DNA from: an uncultured virus (IMG/VR IMGVR_UViG_3300005437_000001)
Taxonomy: Duplodnaviria > Heunggongvirae > Uroviricota > Caudoviricetes
IMG/VR virus record: IMGVR_UViG_3300005437_000001
DNA: 20,000 bases
Strand: one strand, 5' to 3'
A model generated the notes under the pieces. The model had not been told where the DNA came from and ran no database searches. It saw only the letters and a program-made list of their open reading frames with translations. Below, piece after piece: positions 15,368 to 20,000 of this stretch. Every line of letters begins with the position of its first letter. The stretch's first letter is position 1. Made by a program: the position numbers and the translations under genes.

Positions 15368-15390
15368 ACCCCCTGACGGGGGTCTACGCG
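15361..15390. terminator. probable bidirectional terminator
   Basis: Perfect 13-bp inverted repeat cgcgtagaccccc-tgac-gggggtctacgcg between convergent genes. Confidence 0.85.
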
Positions 15391-15399
15391 CCGGTATGG

Positions 15400-15600
15400 T
15401 CAGGCCACCAGCAGCCAGTCGGTCGCGATGAGGTCACGGGCACTGGGACGGAAGGGGGACTCGTCGCCATCCTGCTCCTGGTCCCACAAAGACATCCGTC
15501 CGGTGTCCTCGTCGCGACTGACTATCCAACATCCGTTCCAGGCCTCGCGCTCGACACACTCTCCGGTGATCATCAGGCCGACCGCCTCGTCCCAGGTCAT
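15400..15600 (-). CDS. DUF2829/Tad2-like protein
   Basis: MTWDEAV.....G..V.R.AWNG...F.PS..DLIATDW matches the family's N- and C-terminal signatures. Confidence 0.78.
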   Translation of the reverse strand: MTWDEAVGLMITGECVEREAWNGCWIVSRDEDTGRMSLWDQEQDGDESPFRPSARDLIATDWLLVA

Positions 15601-15612
15601 GTCGATCCCCTC

Positions 15613-15795
15613 TCAGATCACGGTGACCGCAGACAGCGGCACCCAGTTGTGGGTCTTCGGGACGCCCACCCGCTTGGATGGCTCGCAGATCACGCCCTGG
15701 GGGTTGTGGTCGCTGCGCTCGGCCAGCACGATCTGACCACTGATGTAGTAGACCGCCCCGTGAAGCCGGTAGTCCCGCTTGAACTTGACCAGCAT
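15613..15795 (-). CDS. 60-aa hypothetical protein (MLVKFKRDY...)
   Basis: GAGGAG RBS; first gene after a class I promoter. Confidence 0.75.
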   Translation of the reverse strand: MLVKFKRDYRLHGAVYYISGQIVLAERSDHNPQGVICEPSKRVGVPKTHNWVPLSAVTVI

Positions 15796-15812
15796 CGCCG
15801 TCTCCTCTCGAC

Positions 15813-15871
15813 GGGGGCGGCCAGCCCGCCCCCACAAGACAATCAAACCACGTTAATTGACCGTCTGTCAA
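15813..15871 (-). promoter_or_regulatory. class I promoter cassette
   Basis: Minus strand TTGAC-agacg-GTCAA (15871-15857); TTGACA-N18-TTTGAT; hairpin gggggcgg/ccgccccc. Confidence 0.85.
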
Positions 15872-16224
15872 GTATTAAGGGCGTTGGCCTCAGCCTTTTG
15901 GCGTGCGTAGCGGGCCCGCCGGGCGATGCGCTCGCGATGTCGCTCCAGCTCGGCCAGCACGCCAGGCAGGTCGGTCCCCAGGGACTCGGCGACCAGGGCC
16001 GCCGCGCGCCAGAACGGCGTGCGCACCATCCACCACGCCTCCGGGCTGTCCTCGTGCATGTCCGTGCGGCCGTCCGGCCACGCGTACCGCAGTTCCTGCA
16101 GGCGCCGCAGTGCCTCCTCCTTCTCCGCGTACCCGGCATGCAGCCGCCAGCCGGACAGCACCCTCTCCACGACCACGAGATCCGGCTCGCCCTGGCACTG
16201 CGCTATCGACCGCCGCGCCGCCAT
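15868..16224 (-). CDS. hypothetical helical protein, possible HTH
   Basis: GAGGAGG RBS; DLVVVERVLSG...AAALVAESLGT. Confidence 0.7.
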   Translation of the reverse strand: MAARRSIAQCQGEPDLVVVERVLSGWRLHAGYAEKEEALRRLQELRYAWPDGRTDMHEDSPEAWWMVRTPFWRAAALVAESLGTDLPGVLAELERHRERIARRARYARQKAEANALNT

Positions 16225-16283
16225 ATCAGCCTCCTCATACGGCGGCGCCCGCCCGGCCGTGGGGACCGGACGGGCGCCTGTCT

Positions 16284-16895
16284 CTACAGTGGGTTGCCCT
16301 CGGCGTCGACGTTGGGGGCGCAGTTGGTCGCCAGCGGCGGCGTGCGCGCCCCCGCCACTCCGGTGGAGTAGGGCGTTTTCTTGTCGTAGCCGATGCCGGT
16401 GATGTAGGCCAGGATCGACCAGACGCCGTTCTCGCACTGGTCGATATGAACCACGTACTCGTTGTTCACGTTGCCGCCCACCGGGGCGTCGGCTGAGACG
16501 TAGACTCCCTTGGACTGCCACTGCCCGTCGCCCGGGTTGCGCTTGTCACCCGTGATGACCGTGGTCTGCTGGAAGGTGGTGTACAGGCACCTGACCACGA
16601 TCACCCCCTCCATGTGCCGGTCGGGGTAGATCAGCCAGCCCCGGTCGCCGCCGAGGAACAGCTGGCACTGGCCGTCCATCAGGATGCCCCGCAGCTCGCT
16701 GATCTGCCCGTCGGACAGCTTGGGGAATCCCCGGCTGTCCGTCGGCGCGGGCTGCCGCCCGGACTCGGTGGCCTTGGCGGCGGCGGTGTTCGTGGTACCC
16801 GCCGGGTTGATGTGACAACTGGCCGCCATCGCCAGCGGCAGCAGCGCGGCCACCAGTACGGCGGCCACGGGTCCGGGCAGCTTCGACCTTCTCAT
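16284..16895 (-). CDS. putative lipoprotein
   Basis: Basic N-terminus, hydrophobic core, AASC lipobox-like motif; GGAGAGG RBS; ATGA coupling. Confidence 0.75.
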   Translation of the reverse strand: MRRSKLPGPVAAVLVAALLPLAMAASCHINPAGTTNTAAAKATESGRQPAPTDSRGFPKLSDGQISELRGILMDGQCQLFLGGDRGWLIYPDRHMEGVIVVRCLYTTFQQTTVITGDKRNPGDGQWQSKGVYVSADAPVGGNVNNEYVVHIDQCENGVWSILAYITGIGYDKKTPYSTGVAGARTPPLATNCAPNVDAEGNPL

Positions 16896-17059
16896 CTGAC
16901 CTCTCCTACAGTCGGTGTCGGATCGTTCGTCGGCATCAGCGACGGCGCGGGGTTGCTGAATGTGGACTGGACCGGGTCGGGCCCGGTCTTGACGGTCTTG
17001 CATCCCGCCGCAGCGGCGGTCACCAGGACCGCCGCCACGACCATCTTCAGGATCCTCAT
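16892..17059 (-). CDS. small putative lipoprotein
   Basis: MRILKMVVAAVLVTAAAAGC lipobox; Pro/Thr-rich tail; GAGGAG RBS. Confidence 0.72.
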   Translation of the reverse strand: MRILKMVVAAVLVTAAAAGCKTVKTGPDPVQSTFSNPAPSLMPTNDPTPTVGEVR

Positions 17060-17080
17060 GCGGTGGCGCTCCTCTCGGCC

Positions 17081-17134
17081 GGGGGGCACGGCACCCCCCA
17101 CAACCAGTACACCACCATCTTGTCCGGGAGTCAA
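17081..17134 (-). promoter_or_regulatory. class I promoter cassette
   Basis: Minus strand TTGAC-tcccg-GACAA (17134-17120); TTGACT-N17-TGTACT preceded by TGG; G6/C6 hairpin. Confidence 0.75.
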
Positions 17135-17138
17135 CCCT

Positions 17139-17270
17139 TCAGCAGTCTATCTCAAGCCCCTTAAGTGAGGGGTCGCGCTTGTGCCAGATCGCGGCCACGA
17201 ACACGACCGTGCCGACTGCGTACACGCACAGCGCGATCAGGATGATCCGGCACAGGAGATCGGGACTCAT
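17139..17270 (-). CDS. small single-pass membrane protein
   Basis: ATGA coupling; one hydrophobic helix. Confidence 0.6.
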   Translation of the reverse strand: MSPDLLCRIILIALCVYAVGTVVFVAAIWHKRDPSLKGLEIDC

Positions 17271-17584
17271 ACCGGCAGTCCCTCGTACACCAGGCTGCGC
17301 AGCCACGGCGGCATCTTCTCGGCCCGATCGATCAGACCCATCCGGTGCACGAAGAATTCGTGAACTCTGTCGTCGCCGACACCGCCTCCACGCAAGCGCG
17401 GCCGCCCGGTGACGTCGACAGTTACCACGCGCCAGTCCGGCTCGGCGGTCTGGCGCCGGTACTCCAGATGAACCAGGTCGACGACCAGCGTGCCGTGGCT
17501 CTCGTCGTAGCGCGGCACGTCGTCCTCGTCTTGGACGTCCAGCCACACCTCGTGATGGTCGCGCGTCCGGCGCCCGGTGATCAT
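17267..17584 (-). CDS. hypothetical protein, paralog of 18759-19088
   Basis: TGATG coupling; W...V.GR..L.GGG.G...P.W motif. Confidence 0.75.
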   Translation of the reverse strand: MITGRRTRDHHEVWLDVQDEDDVPRYDESHGTLVVDLVHLEYRRQTAEPDWRVVTVDVTGRPRLRGGGVGDDRVHEFFVHRMGLIDRAEKMPPWLRSLVYEGLPV

Positions 17585-18762
17585 CACAGCTCCGACAGGC
17601 TGACCACGTTGCCCAGGACGGCATACCCCGCCGGTCCCGGGTGGATGTGGTCGCCCGAGTCGTAGATGCTGCTCAGCGCGGACGGCGTGGTCGGCGACGA
17701 CACGGCCGAGCTGAAGTCGGCCCAGCCGTCGGCCGTGCTGGCACCGCTGGTCACCCACGTGTTGTAGGCCAGCCGCTGGGTCTCGAATGCCGACGTGCAC
17801 AGAGTCGCCCCCGAGCACGGGGTGACCGTGGTCAGCAGCACCCTGATACCCAGGGTGTGCGCCTTGGCGATCAGGGAGTTCTGTGCCGCCTCCAGGGTGG
17901 GCGCCGACACTCCGCCCCGCAGGTCATTGATACCTGCGGCGTCGATCACCGTCCGCACACCCGGCACCGTCAGCACGTCGCGGTTCCACCGGTTGGTCAG
18001 CGACTGATTGCCCGGCTGGTCGGCAGTCACCCAGTCGTTCACGATGCCCTCGTTCACCACAGCGAATCCTGCGGACGCCGCGCGGTCGGCCAGGTAGTCC
18101 GGCCAGCGGGTGTCGGCGTCGACCGTGGCCGACGTGCCGTCGGTGATCGAGTCGCCCGCCGCCACCACGGTCTGTGCGGCGGCCGTGCCCACATCGACTC
18201 CGGTGACGTAGCTGGTGAAGTTGAACATATTGCTGACCGTAGGGCTCTGCAGCCCGGCGGCGTCGCTGCCGACGATGTTGTACTCCTCCTCGTCCGGCAG
18301 CTGGTGCATGGGGGCCGAGGTGATGTTGGCCCCCGACGGGATGTACAGGCTGACCAGCAGGCGGCTGTTCGCGGGCACGGCCAGCGCGGTCGGGTCGGAC
18401 ACCACCGAGGCGCCCGCCCCCAGGACCACCGAGGACGACCCCCCGAACGTCAGGGACACCGGTACGGCCTGGGTCTGCGCGCCGTCCTGCTGCACCCCGA
18501 CCGACACGTGGGCGAAGCTGGCGCCGCCGGTCACGAAGGTGTTGGCCAGGTGCACCCGGACCTGGGTACCGCCGAGCGACGAGCGCACGGCCATCCGCAG
18601 GGTCTGGTTCTGCCACGGGCCGACGGACACAGCCTGCGCCTGTGCGGTGCCCCAGCTGGCCGACCACGCCACGGTGCTGCCGTGGGCCGACTGGCTGGCC
18701 AGCACACTGCCCGCCACGGCACCGGCCGCAGCCAGCACCGCCGTCCATCTCTTGACACTCAT
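17584..18762 (-). CDS. secreted SGNH/GDSL hydrolase
   Basis: Signal peptide; blocks GDSIT, NEGI, GIND and DHIHP. Confidence 0.93.
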   Translation of the reverse strand: MSVKRWTAVLAAAGAVAGSVLASQSAHGSTVAWSASWGTAQAQAVSVGPWQNQTLRMAVRSSLGGTQVRVHLANTFVTGGASFAHVSVGVQQDGAQTQAVPVSLTFGGSSSVVLGAGASVVSDPTALAVPANSRLLVSLYIPSGANITSAPMHQLPDEEEYNIVGSDAAGLQSPTVSNMFNFTSYVTGVDVGTAAAQTVVAAGDSITDGTSATVDADTRWPDYLADRAASAGFAVVNEGIVNDWVTADQPGNQSLTNRWNRDVLTVPGVRTVIDAAGINDLRGGVSAPTLEAAQNSLIAKAHTLGIRVLLTTVTPCSGATLCTSAFETQRLAYNTWVTSGASTADGWADFSSAVSSPTTPSALSSIYDSGDHIHPGPAGYAVLGNVVSLSEL

Positions 18763-19088
18763 GCCTCGTCCCTCCAGGGGAGCTGGTCCGGGCGGTTATC
18801 GGCCGCCCACTGCTTGATCCACGCGGGAGCGCCCCTCTGCTCGCTGTCCGAGTAGTACCGGACGCTGACCGACTGGCCGAGTCCGCCGCCCTTCAGGATG
18901 CGTCGGCCGTAGACGGAGATGTGCCCGGTCTGCCAGTCGGCGTCGCGCATCTGGTAGCCCACCTGGATACCGGTGGGCTGGAACATGACACCGCCCCGCC
19001 ACTCCAGCAGGATGTGCCGCTCGCCAGGGTCGTCCTGGTCGAAGTCCTCGTGAACGTTGCACGACGCGATGCGCCTGCGCTTTCCCAT
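18759..19088 (-). CDS. hypothetical protein, paralog of 17267-17584
   Basis: AAGGAG RBS; shared motif; ATGA coupling. Confidence 0.78.
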   Translation of the reverse strand: MGKRRRIASCNVHEDFDQDDPGERHILLEWRGGVMFQPTGIQVGYQMRDADWQTGHISVYGRRILKGGGLGQSVSVRYYSDSEQRGAPAWIKQWAADNRPDQLPWRDEA

Positions 19089-19090
19089 GT

Positions 19091-19417
19091 CTACTCCTTA
19101 ATAGTAGTTTCTCGCGGGCTGGCCACGTGCCACAGCCCGCAGCCATCCGGCCCGTCACACTGGTACCAGTCCAGCCCCTGCCTCTTGGCGAACAGGCGGG
19201 CCCGGTACGCACTCCAGAACACCCTCTTGGGCTGCCAGCCCAGTTCCGGGCCCTTCCACACCCGGCAGCAGCGCGGCAGGTCTTTGATATCGACCGGGCG
19301 GGGAGACCGCCCGGCGCACTCGTCGGAGCAATACAGCCGCTGCACCACCTGGAACCCGAAGTAGCTGCGGCAGGTGCGGCAGCGCCTGCGCTCGGGAAAC
19401 AGCAGCAGCCTGGCCAT
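19091..19417 (-). CDS. Cys-rich (probable Zn-binding) protein
   Basis: CRTC...YCSDEC; C-terminal K..F.S...A...YQC....CGLWH. Confidence 0.75.
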   Translation of the reverse strand: MARLLLFPERRRCRTCRSYFGFQVVQRLYCSDECAGRSPRPVDIKDLPRCCRVWKGPELGWQPKRVFWSAYRARLFAKRQGLDWYQCDGPDGCGLWHVASPRETTIKE

Positions 19418-19418
19418 G

Positions 19419-19958
19419 TCAGAACGCCGTCGCCCGGATCTCGTCGGCGTAGTCGTTGCGCAGCTTGACCGTCTTGGCAACAGCCTTGATGGCACCGTTC
19501 ACGGTGAAGGCCTTGCCGATGCAGAAGGCCAGGAAGTCGTCGTCCCAGGCCTCGACGACCTCGTCCCAGCCCTTGCCGTCCGCGTAGTGGACCTGCGCGT
19601 ACTCGCGCACCTCGGACATCAGATAGCGCTTCTTCTCCGAGTACTTGTGCTTGGGCTTGTAGACGGTGTTGAAGTGGACGATGCCGTCCTCGGGGACCTT
19701 GCTGGTGGACCGCGAGTAGTAGTACCCGGCCCGGGTCAGCGCCCGACCGATGCGGTCGGCCACGTCCTCCAGCTCGGCGTCGGACCACTCGCTGTGGCCG
19801 ACCGTGATCGACGCGCCCGCCGCGACGCTGACGCCGCGCCGGACGATCACGCCGAACTCGACACGGTTGCTGCTGCCGGACGGACGGGGGATGACGCCCG
19901 TCTCCCTGCGGATCAGCGCACTGACGGCCGCCGCCTGGCTGATCGCCGAGCTTCCCAT
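19419..19958 (-). CDS. hypothetical two-domain protein
   Basis: GGAGGGAG RBS; upstream hairpin tcgggcgc/gcgcccga suggests another class I cassette continuing beyond the window. Confidence 0.8.
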   Translation of the reverse strand: MGSSAISQAAAVSALIRRETGVIPRPSGSSNRVEFGVIVRRGVSVAAGASITVGHSEWSDAELEDVADRIGRALTRAGYYYSRSTSKVPEDGIVHFNTVYKPKHKYSEKKRYLMSEVREYAQVHYADGKGWDEVVEAWDDDFLAFCIGKAFTVNGAIKAVAKTVKLRNDYADEIRATAF

Positions 19959-20000
19959 CGTGGTCTCCCTCCCGATCGGGCGCCCCACGCGCCCGAAAAG

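Noticed and set aside
739..17134. CRISPR array or transposon ends for the repeated TTGAC...GTCAA motif
   Set aside because: Copies are dispersed, irregularly spaced, in both orientations and mostly at promoter positions; no cas or transposase gene is seen

Overview
High-GC, gene-dense DNA that reads as part of a tailed actinobacteriophage or prophage; the host is probably a filamentous actinomycete (inference). Recognisable genes: dUTPase, an ECF sigma factor resembling BldN/AdsA, a probable terminase small subunit, a short VIT1/CCC1-family membrane protein, a protein with a C-terminal Multi-ubiquitin-like domain, a permuted papain-like (NlpC/P60) enzyme, a terminase large subunit, a DUF2829/Tad2-like protein, two lipoproteins and a secreted SGNH hydrolase, plus many small hypothetical genes including several internal paralog sets. 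The non-coding DNA is informative. (i) A repeated promoter cassette (TTGAC-N5-GTCAA-type palindrome over the -35, a (T/G)GG-TkTrmT -10-like box, a 5' hairpin and an RBS) drives scattered small genes on both strands. (ii) A second class, TAnnnT-N6-start, looks leaderless and precedes the packaging genes. (iii) An RNA cassette at 5478-5800 (two C-loop hairpins resembling 6C RNA abutting a tRNA-like cloverleaf with no usable anticodon) lies upstream of the sigma gene. (iv) A second structured RNA candidate lies at 7204-7361. All family calls are from motif recognition by eye; no searches were run.
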